Assembly: GCA_965649825.1 (NCBI GenBank)
Contig: OZ287696.1
Span: 1,894,081-1,958,080 of the forward strand
Direction: 5' to 3'
Length of the DNA: 64,000 bases
Source: Penicillus capitatus
Taxonomy: Eukaryota > Plantae > Chlorophyta
Numbering within the stretch: position 1 is the first letter of the stretch; each line of letters opens with the position of its first letter. Below are positions 24,618 through 36,564 of this stretch, in pieces. The notes under the pieces were generated by a model. It saw nothing but the letters and a program-made list of their open reading frames with translations, searched no databases and was not told where the DNA came from. The translations under genes were made by a program, and so were the position numbers.

Positions 24618-25534
24618 TAGTTCAGGAGGCAAATCTGTCTTCGATGCATGCGGCCGTCGTGAACGCGATCGTACGGCCACGGATGATGACAGAAAATCGG
24701 ATGCTGTTGTTCTGAGCTTCTTCGGTATCTCGATTGTCTTATGTTAAAGATCTTCTCACCTCTTGTGCACCATGTATTTGCCAAGCCTCAGAGATATCTA
24801 GCGCCATCGTCTACTCTCTTCGCGAGTCATGCACATTCACTCTTATCTTAGCAGTCCGAATTCGAATGCATGATCGCTGGAAAGGGCATGCGTCATGAGA
24901 CCGAGTTAAAAAAACTGCGATGTTCATTAAATCGAACATTCAAAGGTAACCGGATTGTTCCAGAGAGTCATGCAAAATCTCCAGAACTTAGACCGGAAAG
25001 AATGCGATCGGCTTTGCGTTTTTTAGGCGACCTGTTTAGCACAGGCCTCTCACCCAGCCTGGAACTAGTTCCTCGCCATACACATCACGGAATCCACGGC
25101 ATTCTCCATAATTCTCTGAAAAGTCCCATGCCATAAGGTCTGCCACACAGAGCCAGCGTCATTCGACATTTGACCGAATAGGTCCGGCAACTTACCATTC
25201 CTGCATACTATATGGGCGCATTCTCCATCGCTGCCTGCGCCGGTCGTTAAGACAGGTTTTCCAACCCATCTCCCCTCCTCGTCTTCGCATGCACATGCAA
25301 AATAAACGAGAGACTTCGTAGCACTGTGATACCTTGGTTGGCGTGGTCTGTCTTCAAGAACAGTTTGCCGACGACGTGTCCTTTCGCGTCGACGACATTC
25401 TCTGTGGTAGGGCGGTAAGCGCTCACCTGCCAGAACACCAAACATTCGTTATCAAGGGTTGCTGCGGTGGAAGGGATCTTGCTGCGTGGAGGCAGAGAAG
25501 GGCGGCAAAGACGAACAAAGCTGCGTTGTCAGAC

Positions 25535-26885
25535 ATGGCGTTTGAGACGGAGTTCGAAGAACCTCGGAGAGACAGAAGACACAAACGCGTAAAGGGAAAT
25601 GGCAGTGGTCGAAAATCCTGCTCGAATTTATACCATGCAGCTGCAGTCAGCATTCTAAATCCAGACAGCAAACCCGAAGCGACCTGTCCGAATTCGACAG
25701 CTGCCTCGTTGGTTGACAGCTGCGTTTTCCAATTCGGTCGTATCCGTCGCCTGCGACCCAGCAGATGGTGCTGCATGGAAAGCTCTTGAGGATCCTCGCG
25801 CTCTCATTCGGGATCAGTCGCGATGTGACTGCTCTGGCGGGCGCGCATCTGCCCAACGGTTAGCGTCCATTCGCCTCCCAGCACTCAGCGAGGCAGTTTC
25901 CCTGCGAAACGAACACGGTCGACCGCCTTGCACGGTCACTGCGAAAGAGGAATGGGCTCTGCCTTCCCTGTGCAGTGACTAAGTTGACCGCCCGGGCCCG
26001 AGGATGCACTCGCTCGTTGCCATTTCCCGCTGATGCCGCAGCAGTCGAGAACAGCGTACGCGACAAACCAGAGACTCGCGTCGGTTTTTCGCGACGACAA
26101 CCGAAAGATCTCTTCAAGAAACACACCACAAAGTTGAAGGCGATCTACGCCGCCGATTGCGGACATGTCACCTGCGCGAATGTTCGAGGCCGTGGGGCGG
26201 AAATGAACGCTTCTCAGGTTGTCCATGGCGCGCCTGCTCCGCCGACAGGCGCATCTTCGAGGGAAGAATCAGCGTCCCAAATAATCCCCTCCCGTTCAGA
26301 AAATGTAAAACACGCAGCACGCTCGTCGCGGTCCGTCGTTTACCAGCGCCCCTTTTGCAGGCGACTGGCTGTCTGCGTGTCTGAATCCAGACACGCTTCG
26401 CGATTTGTCTTCTGACAGTGGTTGCGGTCGCCCATTCACCCGGTCGACGGGGCCGCCGTCCGAGCCAACAAGCGCCGAGCAGTACAAGAGTAGGTTCTCG
26501 GTTGTCGTCGGACAAAAACCAGCGTCTCGCCGAGTCCACCCTTCTCCCGTGCTAAACTCGCATCTTCCATAGAAATGAAACGAGGCAGGTCTTGAATGAA
26601 GGTGAAGGCATGTGGTATGTACAAGAGATCGTCGGAGGTTGGTCATTCGGCAAGCGACGAGGCATTGCATTGCATACCGTCGTACAGTGGTTTTGTTTTC
26701 TAAGCACTCTGCAACTGTTCGCCCTGGCTGTTTTCTTTAAGCTGTGGCGAGGAGACGGCGAATTCTCGTCACTGCTGGCGACGAAGATCTGCTGTCTTGC
26801 GACGCGAGTAGATGAGGTGGCGAGCGATGTCTCCAGACACAAGACACTGTCGTCTTACCGTAACACCACAACGTGTAATGACTGA
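25535..26885 (+). CDS. Possible multi-exon hypothetical protein with a C-terminal hydrophobic segment; model and strand uncertain
   Basis: S/P/R-rich ORF fragments and a terminal fragment containing VVQWFCFLSTLQLFALAVFFKLW. I could not assemble a unique splice model. Confidence 0.25.
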
Positions 26886-27103
26886 TTGCTGTCATGTTGC
26901 TTGTTCACTATCAGAAGACGGAGATGCTGCATGAGCGCGTATAGATGGAGCAACCTGCTTTGAACACATCTGATATAGTCAATCGAGTCTGACAGAGAAT
27001 CGCAGACAACAAACGAGTAGACAGAGAGAAGAATCCGCAAACATCAGGAGTGCTGAAACGCATTGCTCTCGATGCCATTCGAAATGGTCAACTAACTAAC
27101 TAA

Positions 27104-27705
27104 CTACTCCCCACTGAACAGAAGTTTGGTGAAAGAGCGAGAGATCGCATGATATTCGAGACACTTAAGAAATGCGTCGATTCTCTCTCGAGGAGAACGA
27201 GTTACTCTTTTCTTCTCATTTGACATTGCCGGGAAGACTCTTCTGGAACGAGTGCGATAGTCTGCTCGTAAAAGAAAAGATCCAACGAACGCAAAGACGC
27301 ACTCGGGTTCATCAGACGTGAATGGCATGTCAAACTGAATCCAGCATCCGTCGTCCTTTCAGCGCATGCCTCTTGACGGAAATGCGAAGTTGCTGGACAC
27401 CATCATCCGCTTTCAATCACAGACAGTGAACCTATCGGAGCCTTTCGGGATGCAGTATAATACCACGATAGTGCTGATCTTGAGAGTCGTGTGGTGGAAG
27501 CACATAAGGAAGTATTTCAGACCTCGAGACTGGATGTGGAAATCATTGGCGTGACCTCTTCTCTGGAATAAGAGATCAGGGATGACACATGCTCCATCAA
27601 GAGATCATTCGTCGTCATCATCAATGCCACATCGTCTATGAAATGTTCCAGAGATCTCACTCGGCGATTGGCCAAAACTAATACGAGCCATGAGTAAATA
27701 CCCAC
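27104..27705 (-). CDS. Hypothetical multi-exon protein
   Basis: Exon-like fragments (RVRSLEHFIDDVALMMTTNDLL..., DDGCWIQFDMPFTSDEPECVFAFVGSFLL...) separated by GT-AG-like segments. No family recognised. Confidence 0.3.
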
Positions 27706-28004
27706 ATTCCGTGTATGTCACACCGAATACTGTGTCCACCCAACAAATCCATTCTGATGGATCGAATACATAAACCAAACAATACGTTCAACGTGCACAA
27801 ATCTTCGCCTTTTCACAGTCCTTTCAACTCAAACAAGAAATCATTACACAACAAGGGTGCATGTGTGTCTTTGAAGATTCAGTCAGCGATTGAAGGACAG
27901 TGTTTTTCGATTTCGCCATCTGAGAACCTCGACCTTTTCTCTTGTTTCTATAACTTGCTGAGACAACCGAATGATCCTCAAATATTTTCTGTCGGCAACC
28001 CGAT

Positions 28005-28779
28005 CTAAACAACGACCCTCAAGAGCGAACGCATGGAGTGCACGAACATACCATTATATTCTATCGGTCTCACCTGAACGTAGCGCATTGTTCTCAACTG
28101 ATTGATCACTCTATACAGTGTCTCTTTCTCTGGATAGAATTCCATCTCTTTGAGATACTCCCACATCTTCTCGAACAGGAGTTCTCTCGTGGGAGTCTTC
28201 AGCAGCAGCCTCACGACAGGTGTCGTCTCGACCGGCATCCCAGGCAAAAGATATCTCCGATAACTCGGATGTAGAGCCGCTTTCTGTGACCATTTCCATC
28301 GATCCTTCTGTTCCATTTCATTAAAGGTCACTTTCGTCGTAAGCTGAAGGCAAAATGCGTCGATCGGTCCTGGTGGAGGACTCCCACCTAATCACGAAGC
28401 ACATCTGCTACGACTCAGTTGTATCGATGTGACCTTTTGGAGGTGGAAGGTAGGTCACATACCCAAGCGCTTTCAGTCGCTTTAGATCTTTCTTCATGCT
28501 TGCTTTAGTCATGTACACTTCATACTCCTGTCGAAGGCAGCGCCGTTGGCAGTGGATATCACATAGGATAGATACCTGAAGGGTGTCCCAAAGATTGGTG
28601 TGGGTGAACACTTTTGAGTCCTGTTCGTAGAGCGTTTTGATAATGGCTGCCGTCCTGCTTGGAGCATCCGGCAAGACATACTTGTCTTCGACGCTCGGTT
28701 TGCCGAAATACGACAGCCAGCGACACGAAACGGCGTTTCGCGTGGACGTCTGCGCTAAACGCTTCAAACAGAGAAGCAT
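28005..28779 (-). CDS. Mitochondrial-targeted protein with two tandem winged-helix-like repeats (resembles a plant mitoribosomal accessory protein)
   Basis: Presequence-like MLLCLKRLAQTSTRNAVSCRWLSY. Three exons join in frame. Repeat 1: IIKTLYEQDSKVFTHTNLWDTLQEYEVYMTKASMKKDLKRLKALGYV. Repeat 2: VVRLLLKTPTRELLFEKMWEYLKEMEFYPEKETLYRVINQLRTMRYV. Confidence 0.7.
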
Positions 28780-28780
28780 C

Positions 28781-29955
28781 TCACAACGTCAGAAGCTCCA
28801 AGCGTTTGTCGAATTGAACAAGAAGAGCACGAGGTCGCAGGCAGCAGAATGCCCGAACCGTTTCCGTGATCATCAACGTCTGAAGAAGGTGAGCGTGACC
28901 CTTGGGCGAGAAGCTCAAAACGTGAAAACAATCATCTACATCCATGACCACCGCACCTCCTACACACATAGCCACTCCCGCACAGAACAGCAACTCAAGG
29001 TGATTGATGCCTGCAGCGCTGGGCTGGATGGGAAGGCAGTGAACGGCCGCGATCTGTTTTGTCAGATTCTGAGGGTGGACAGTCAAGGAGGCGACATGTC
29101 GATCTGGCGAGAGGACAAAAGAATAGATCTCTCCTTTGGCATCGAGTAGAACACCCTGTGTGAGTTGATACGCTTCCAGAGAGATCCATTCGTCGCAGGG
29201 CAGTGAACATTGGCACATTCCGACGGTTTGGATCACAGGCTCTCGGTGAATCAGAGATCTCAGCGAGCAGGATCGCAGTTTCGCTTCGTGGATGTAGAAG
29301 AGGTGGGTGTCTGTCAGGCACAGATGTCTGGACGGTGCTGTCGCAGGAATGGTGCTGCAGAGAAAGAGCTCGACGACATGCTTCTCGGATTCCTTCATCC
29401 GTACGGCATAGATGGCGATTTCGGATTCTGTTACCAGCAGCAGGGCATTGGTAGCGGCCTTCAGGACGCTGCGTTTTGATCCAATAGCAACCGTCCGATG
29501 CGCATTGCCCTTCTCTCGATCTCTTAACACGACTGCTTGGCAGTGCGTGAAACCGGAAGAGACGTAATTCTCATGATCACACTCCATGAAGGATAGACTC
29601 GAGCCTTCTCACACGACGTCGTGGAAAACAGTGAATTTCGCTTTGTAGTTGAGATGAACCTTTGGAATCGGATTGGGTCAAGATGACTGCCATCTGTCTC
29701 TCCTCCACCGAACCATTCCTGCATCACAGCGTTCTTTATCTGCTGTTTCTGGCTTTGCTGGAGAGACGGGTGGGATCGCTTGAGTGACATAAACGTCACA
29801 TCAGATGCTACATGTAAGATTGAGGGTTCTGCTTTGTGCTGAAGCGACTGGAGTTCCAAGGCGCCGTTGTTCAATAGCAATGCGACATAGGCGCTGTGAG
29901 CATCGCACACGAGACGTTTCGCCTGAGCGTCATCGTTTCGCAATGTCCACCGCAT
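28781..29955 (-). CDS. Hypothetical beta-strand-rich (possibly beta-propeller) protein
   Basis: ATG at 29955 (MRWTLRNDD) plus a 268-aa ORF with alternating short hydrophobic strands. No family recognised. Confidence 0.55.
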
Positions 29956-30012
29956 GACCGTACGTCTTCGTCTTCGTCGACACCTTGTACGACATCTGTT
30001 GCTGACCCGTCC

Positions 30013-30557
30013 ATGTCGTCAGCCATCGCTTCTCTGCAAGAAAGCCTTCGAAACACCACGGACAAGTTAAACACGCTTAAACGCGGCATGCCTTTCTCCT
30101 CTGTTCTCTCCCATCGCCCACGGCGCTGTGCACAGAGCTGCAATCGAATCAGCAAGCCCGACAGCAACTCCTGCAACAGAAGAATGAGAACGTGATGGTC
30201 TTGGAGGTCGTGCATCTTCATCAAGATGTCCTATGCGATCAAGCAACTGTACAGGAGTTGAATGTGCTCACCGATGATGCCAATGTCTACAAGCTTATTG
30301 GACCGGCTCTCATTAAACAAGATCCTGTCGAGGCCAAATCGAATGTCCGCAAGAGATTGGAATTCATCGAGAGCGAGCTCACACGTTCCGAGCATCAATT
30401 CAAGTCGTTGGAATCGAAGATCAACGAACAGCATCGAGAGGTGATGCTCTCTTACACACACCCAACCGTCTTATCGAAGCGTATCCCTTTGTGGCAGAGT
30501 TTGGCATTGCAGAAAAAGATTCAGAGCCTATCGGCTAAGAAAGGAAAGAATGGTTAA
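30013..30557 (+). CDS. PFD6: Prefoldin subunit 6 (beta-type)
   Basis: QQLLQQKNENVMVLE|ELNVLTDDANVYKLIGPALIKQDPVEAKSNVRKRLEFIESEL is the PFDN6 signature. Confidence 0.93.
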
Positions 30558-30598
30558 TGGATAAAGAACGAGAGGAGCATGCAAGCTCTGTCCGTTTC

Positions 30599-31477
30599 TC
30601 ACTGAGGTTGGACAATGTGGCCAACGACGTTGTACTTGAAACGGAACTTGCATTCCCACTCCTTTAACTGATCCAGATCGCCCTTCGTCAATCCATCCAG
30701 ATTCGCCGTGCAGTCGTTCGTATCCAAAGAGACCAAAGCAAAGGCCCGTGCACACTCGCGCCCCGCAAATGGATAGATCCCTATAAGACAGCTCTCACTC
30801 TTTGTTTCTCACACTTAACAATCGCATGCCATCCGGTCCGTAATAATCAGGAGATGATGTGACGTCGAAGATGACACCGGAAATGGCCAAGTACATTGGC
30901 TTCGAAGGATTGCTGCCGTTGTACTGCTGCAACTCCTCCAGCGTCAGCTTCTTCCCTGGAACAATCTATAAGCATGGTCGCTCAAATTGCATCATCTTTA
31001 TCCGAAGACACGCACTCTGCCCACGACCGGATATTTAGCATCGAGTCTGACGATCCAGTCGTGTAACGTCTGAAGCTCTTTGTCCGTACAGTTGCTCACA
31101 TCATCCGTAAAATCGTCCGCCTCCAAGCTCATCTTGGCCAGTGCTCTGGCACACTCCTTGCCCGCCATCACGGCATAGGAGCCACCTGTATCCATCAACT
31201 CTAGGCAAGACGGAATGGGCATTAAGGGATATGACATGCCTCGTCCGTAGAATTCTCTCCCTTCTGTGACGTTGTAGACGCGTCCCTTGACAGACAGGAG
31301 AATGGGACGGAAGGGATCGAACCCGGCAAACATTTCGAGCGTTTCGAGCGTTATCTCGCCATACTGCGTGTGCTCCGGGGTGGCCGGCTTGTACGTCCAC
31401 GCGTCCCAGAGCTTTACCAAAAAATACACGGCGGCGACAACCACGAAGATCACCGTCAGCAACAGGTCCCAATTCAT
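30599..31477 (-). CDS. Membrane steroid-binding (MAPR/MSBP) protein with an N-terminal TM helix and two tandem cytochrome b5-like domains
   Basis: TM segment WDLLLTVIFVVVAAVYFLVKLW. Domain 1: EITLETLEMFAG...ILLSVKGRVYNVT...FYGRG|GSYAVMAGKECARALAKMS. Domain 2: KLTLEELQQYNGSNPSKPMYLAISGVIFDVT...YYGPD|GIYPFAGRECARAFA...EWECKFRFKYNVVG. Confidence 0.92.
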
Positions 31478-32427
31478 GACGCAAGAATGACGCTCTTGTG
31501 ACGATGCGTTCGTACGTGAAGCGTTCAGTGTACGGTGAATGAACAGTTTTGTCACAAACGTGTCATGATTGTACTGCCTTTTGGCCTTTCGTCTATTCTA
31601 CTGTCCTGACAGGACTGTTGGTTGGTGTACACAATTGAGAGAGGACGTTTATCAGGAAGTCATGATAGTTGCCGAATACCGACCGCAATACCACATAGGC
31701 AGGTACACAGCACAACGAGCAAATGCATCTCATTTATCGAATCTTTGCGTTATCTGCGTTCATCCACTGCTTCCTTTAACCCGCGTTTCCTAGATTGGCC
31801 AAGATTAAGTTGCTTAACCCCCTTGACCTCAAATGAAGGATGTGTAGTTTCAATCTTCATTTCCACCGCTTGGTCATTGTCACATCCCCCACCAGTCATG
31901 CGCTTCCCTCATAAATGAAAAATAAAAAAGTGTTCTGCAGCGAGATGGAACACATCTTTCTTTTTTTGCTTTCTTGAGAGTGGAATGACTGACGAGAGAG
32001 ATTGTCCCGTCGCAAACCCTTGAAGCCACAGCTGATCTGCAATTGATTGAACAGATCTGCTGTTCAGTCGCCTTGCCTTTCATTCATATCATATCAGGAA
32101 GAACAGTACCCAATCATGCGTGTCATGTATATAGAGAAATGAACACACCAGGACTTCCGATTCTGGGAACCAAAGCAACCCTTTTTATCTTTCCGTGTAT
32201 CAGTGTTGCGGTAAAAGAGGGTGGACACACGCAGAACGTGTAAAAATATGTGAGTACCAGCAACAAATCAATGTTCTTATCTGCCTAACTTCACACATCT
32301 TTGAATTTGACTTCCTTCGCAAAAATAAAAGAGAAATAAAAGAAAAGAGAGACATTCCTTCTTCAGCCAGATGGCTTATACCCCCTGCTGAAAGACCAGG
32401 ATGTGCACAAACAAAGAAATTCGCCGC

Positions 32428-33743
32428 TTAGACGGGCGCCGGATACGCTTCCACGGATGCTGCCGTTGCTGTCGAAGGCAATACGACCTGTTCAAACAAT
32501 CCAAGTCCCAATCTCTGTTGCTGTTTCTTCAGATGTCTGCTCAGAAAAGGATGATTCAGAGCAGACTCTGCTGTCAAACGTGTGGCGTAGTTCGGATTCA
32601 AGAGTCCCTTCACAAACTCCACACATTCAGGACTCACTCGGCACCAGGGTTCGGAGCTGAAGTCTGGGGTAGTGTAGATGACGCCCTTGAGCACATCTTT
32701 CTCAGACTTGAGTCGCGATTCTTCATAACTGTCCCAGAAGGGAAGTCGTCCAGTCATGAGACGATAGAGCATAACACCCAGACTCCACATATCAGCCTCC
32801 GTGTGATAACTGCCAGCAAAGACCTCTGGTGCCCAGTGTGTAGGTGTCCCTACTTTATTCGAACACCGACCTTTCCCTGTATACTGACTCGTGCCAAAGT
32901 CGATGCCTTTCAGCCAACCACTCGGCAGCAGATTGGTTCCGTGCTTGAACATGTGATACTCGACGCGATTGGCAACAACAAAGTTTGCTGCCTTCACATC
33001 ACCATGTACAATTTTCTTTGCATGGCACTCCGATAACATCCTCAGTGCCTCGACGGCTACCATTGCAAGTTGGCGCTCGTTCAGTGGCCCATTCGTCTAA
33101 CAGCAGCACCACCATTTAATCTCATTTCTGGCAAAAGAGTGAGACAGCAAGCAGGTCATACTTTCAGGTAGCTTTCGAGATCCCCGCCCTTGCAGAGTTC
33201 CGTCACGATGTACATCTTGTCTTCCAGTTGATAGGATCCTTGGAGTTGCACAACCGAATCACATCCTCTGAGATCATCGAGTACATCGATCTCGCGCTGT
33301 ATCTTACAATCAGAGAGTACGCAGCAACCGTCGCCACGGCGCACTTCTTTAATCGCCACTTCGCGTCCAGTCGAAATTTCCGTCGCGTTATAGACTGTAC
33401 CGTAGGAGCCGCGACCCAGTTCGCCCTTAATCTCATAACGCGAACCGATCGGGTCCTTCGGCTCAACGAACACAGGTTCGGCATGAGTGACGTCCAGCTC
33501 GACTTCATCTTCCTGTTTCTTCGGCGCAAAAACTTCGTCCCACGGTATCTGACGGTTCGGAGGCGAGACGAGGCGAGGCAGTCCAGCTCGAAGAATGGAG
33601 CCAACGTTCACGGGGTCTGGTTTCTTCACGGTGCCCACAAATCGCGTTTTGGTTGCTTCGCGTCCACCCTGCACGGTTGTCGTGCCGCTCTGTGCAGAGG
33701 CGGAGGTCGCCACAGGTACGCGCATGCATGAAAGACTCAGCAT
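32428..33743 (-). CDS. CDPK/CaMK-like Ser/Thr protein kinase without a calmodulin-like domain
   Basis: YEIKGELGRGSYG, VAIK, VTELCKGGDL, HGDVKAANF, IDFG, VGTPTHWAPEV, ADMWSLGV, RLTAESALNHPF; short tail then stop. Confidence 0.9.
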
Positions 33744-33988
33744 CTCGTCGTCGTCGTAACGGATATGTTGGGACAGCTGCTATCGGCGCTATCGTAGAAT
33801 CGAGACAGACAACGATGATATATCTGGCGAAATCTAAACAGCACGTATAGACCTCTGTGTCTTCTTCGACTCTGTAAACATGGAAGAAGAAAAGGACGCT
33901 GTGCAATGCCGAATGGCACGAGGTGGGTCCGTTGTGAGGCTGACGTAGCGCCGATCAGGACAGTGACGTATGACAGGACACCGTCACA

Positions 33989-35595
33989 TCAAGGCGCCGC
34001 ATATTCGAGCAGAAATTCCCACAAAACGCGCTTCTTCAATGCCTCGTGCAAAATGCACCACCATTCGATGGATCCACACACCAGAGCAGCATCCTCTGCC
34101 GAAGTCGAGGTCGATTCCTTCATCCAATCACCCTGAATAGTAGCCTCTTGACGATAATCGTCTATCTCTTGCTTCATGGTAACATAGAAAGACCTGCATT
34201 CGTCTGGAAATGTATGCTCTGTGGTGATAGAAGATGGTGCCTTACTCGAAGAAGAGATTCTCAGAGGGGGCGGCATTTGTGAGGGCCTTGAGATCATCGA
34301 GAATGGAGCTGGATGTTTGGAGGTGTTGTCGGCACGCCTGGGCGATGTCTTTGTAAGCAGCTATGGTCGATCCCTGATTGAGGAAGGTAAAGAGATCGAC
34401 CATGATGGGACTGACGGCGCCATCGGCACACAGATTCAGCTTAACAATTTCTGCCATCTCTCCTTCGATGCGCAAATGTCGCTTCAGTTCCTTCAACTGA
34501 TCATCCGTGATGGACCCTCTTTTGGCAGGATACCGTTGAAAGAACCACTCCAGAATATCATCCAAGTTTCCAAAGAGCACAAATTCGTCTCTTGGATTGT
34601 AGAGAGGCACAAATCCGTAGTAAAGAAGAAAATACTCGTTGCTGTGATCGCCATAAGATACAAAGAGCTCTTCTCCTTCCACAATCGTCGTCTTGGCCTG
34701 AATAACCATGCACCATTCCTTTGGATCGGTCGCATTCTTTTTGGCTGGCAGCCAGCCGTACGTCACATTGGCCAGCGGATGATCCAGAAAGAGTTCGTTC
34801 GTGTGGAGATCTCCATGATTCATGAGATCCACGAAAGGGATCAGAATCTCTTGTCCCATGCCATTACCAAAAGACCGTGACTGAATGACAGCCAAAGCCC
34901 ATCGGATATCTTCCTCCGAAACCTCTGGCAGTTTGATCTGATGCAGCAGAAAGGACACCGTTTCTTCGTAGTACCTCCACAGCGACGACACATGGACCCG
35001 CCATGAGTTGGATGGGAGAATACTGGACGATCTTGTTCAAAGACTCTTGGCAGATAGAACGATGGGGAAGCCGCGCGTAGACATTCTTGGGATTGGGGAA
35101 TGGCTGTGGCAAGCAGTGGATATAAGGATCAAAGCTGCTTTCTTTTTTGGCAACTCTCAACAGTTTAGCCGCCAGTCGAATGACTGTATCCGGCAGCTCC
35201 GTATCCGCAATGGACATATTCGATTCCTGATCATGGGGATAGACCATGATTGTCATGTCCATCGGTAATCTGAGAATCTCTTCGCCTGATGTCGCACTTA
35301 CCCACGACAGAATGCTGTTGGCATTGCTGGATTACCCACCTTTAACGAAATCGCGTGTGCTGAAGAGGCCGCGTCCCGAACAGGAACTCTGTCCAATGCG
35401 CACTCCTGCATTCTTCATTCCATGATCATCCAGCCAACCGACGAGACGCTCCTCGACGCCGCTGTTCTGTTCAGAGATCGTCAGAAGGCGACGCTGCTGT
35501 CGACAAAGCGTTCGTGCGATATCCGGTGTTCGCAGTTGTCGGACAGCGGCGTTCAGACCCGCCCGCCGCAATACATGCAACATTACTGTGTTCAT
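33989..35595 (-). CDS. SET-domain lysine methyltransferase (Rubisco LSMT/SETD3-like) with an organellar targeting peptide
   Basis: GRGLFSTRDFVKG, WALAVIQSRSF, LIPFVDLMNH, GEELFVSYG.HSNEYFLLYYGF; R/L/A-rich N-terminus. Confidence 0.85.
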
Positions 35596-35622
35596 TAACG
35601 CGCCGCTGTCGACGTTTTCGCA

Positions 35623-36520
35623 ATGTTCTTGACGCGCAGTGAGTATGATCGTGGGGTCAATACCTTCAGTCCAGAGGGCCGACTGTTTCAAGTCGAATAC
35701 GCCATTGAGGCGATCAAACTTGGATCCACGGCAGTGGGTATCCACACGCGCGAAGGCGTCGTTCTGGCCGTGGAGAAACGCATCACGTCGCCATTGCTCG
35801 AGCCCACGAGTGTTGAAAAGCTCTTGGAAATCGACAGCCACATTGGCTGCGCCGTGAGTGGACTGACAGCTGACGCACGTACGCTGGTCGAGCATGCACG
35901 GGTCGAAACACAAAACCACCGTTTCACCTACGACGAGCCCATGCCAGTGGAATCCTGCACACAGACACTCTGTGACTTGGCACTGAGGTCAGGACGCAAT
36001 GTAGGTGGGATGTCGATTAGAAGTGCCAAGTGTTCTATAGGTTTGGCGAAGATGGGGATGATGATGACGACGAAGGGGGTGGCATGAGTCGACCCTTTGG
36101 CGTGGCGTTGCTGCTGGGCGGATGGGATGAAAAGGGAGCCGTCCTTTTTCACGCCGATCCCTCCGGGACATTTGTTCGGTACGACGCCAAAGCCATCGGA
36201 AGCGGCTCAGAAGGTGCACAAACAAATCTACAAGAAAGCTATCGGTATGTTGCCCTCGTACCCATTCCCAGCAAAAGTGTGACGTCACACTTTTGTCAGA
36301 AAAGACTTGACACTCAAGGAAGCGGAAGTCATGGCGCTGGCTACTCTCAAACAGGTCGTCTGCATTGGCTGAGATGGTCACACGTGTGAGAAGACTTCAA
36401 ATGTGAAAGTAGGTCATGGAGGAGAAGATCACGTCTGTGAATGTGGACATCGCCACCGTGGCGCCGACCTATCATCTCTATTCGAAAGCAGAGATCGAGG
36501 ATGTGCTATCACGAATCTGA
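35623..36520 (+). CDS. PSMA5: 20S proteasome subunit alpha type-5
   Basis: [39 protein letters not shown]; [15 protein letters not shown]; [11 protein letters not shown]. Confidence 0.98.
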
Positions 36521-36564
36521 TCCAGACGCGTGCGCTGTCATTATTAACGATCATCATTTCTTTG

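Noticed and set aside
27089-27105. (TAAC)n tract as a possible telomere-like repeat
   Set aside because: Only about 4 units and not a TTTAGGG/TTAGGG type; a simple microsatellite.
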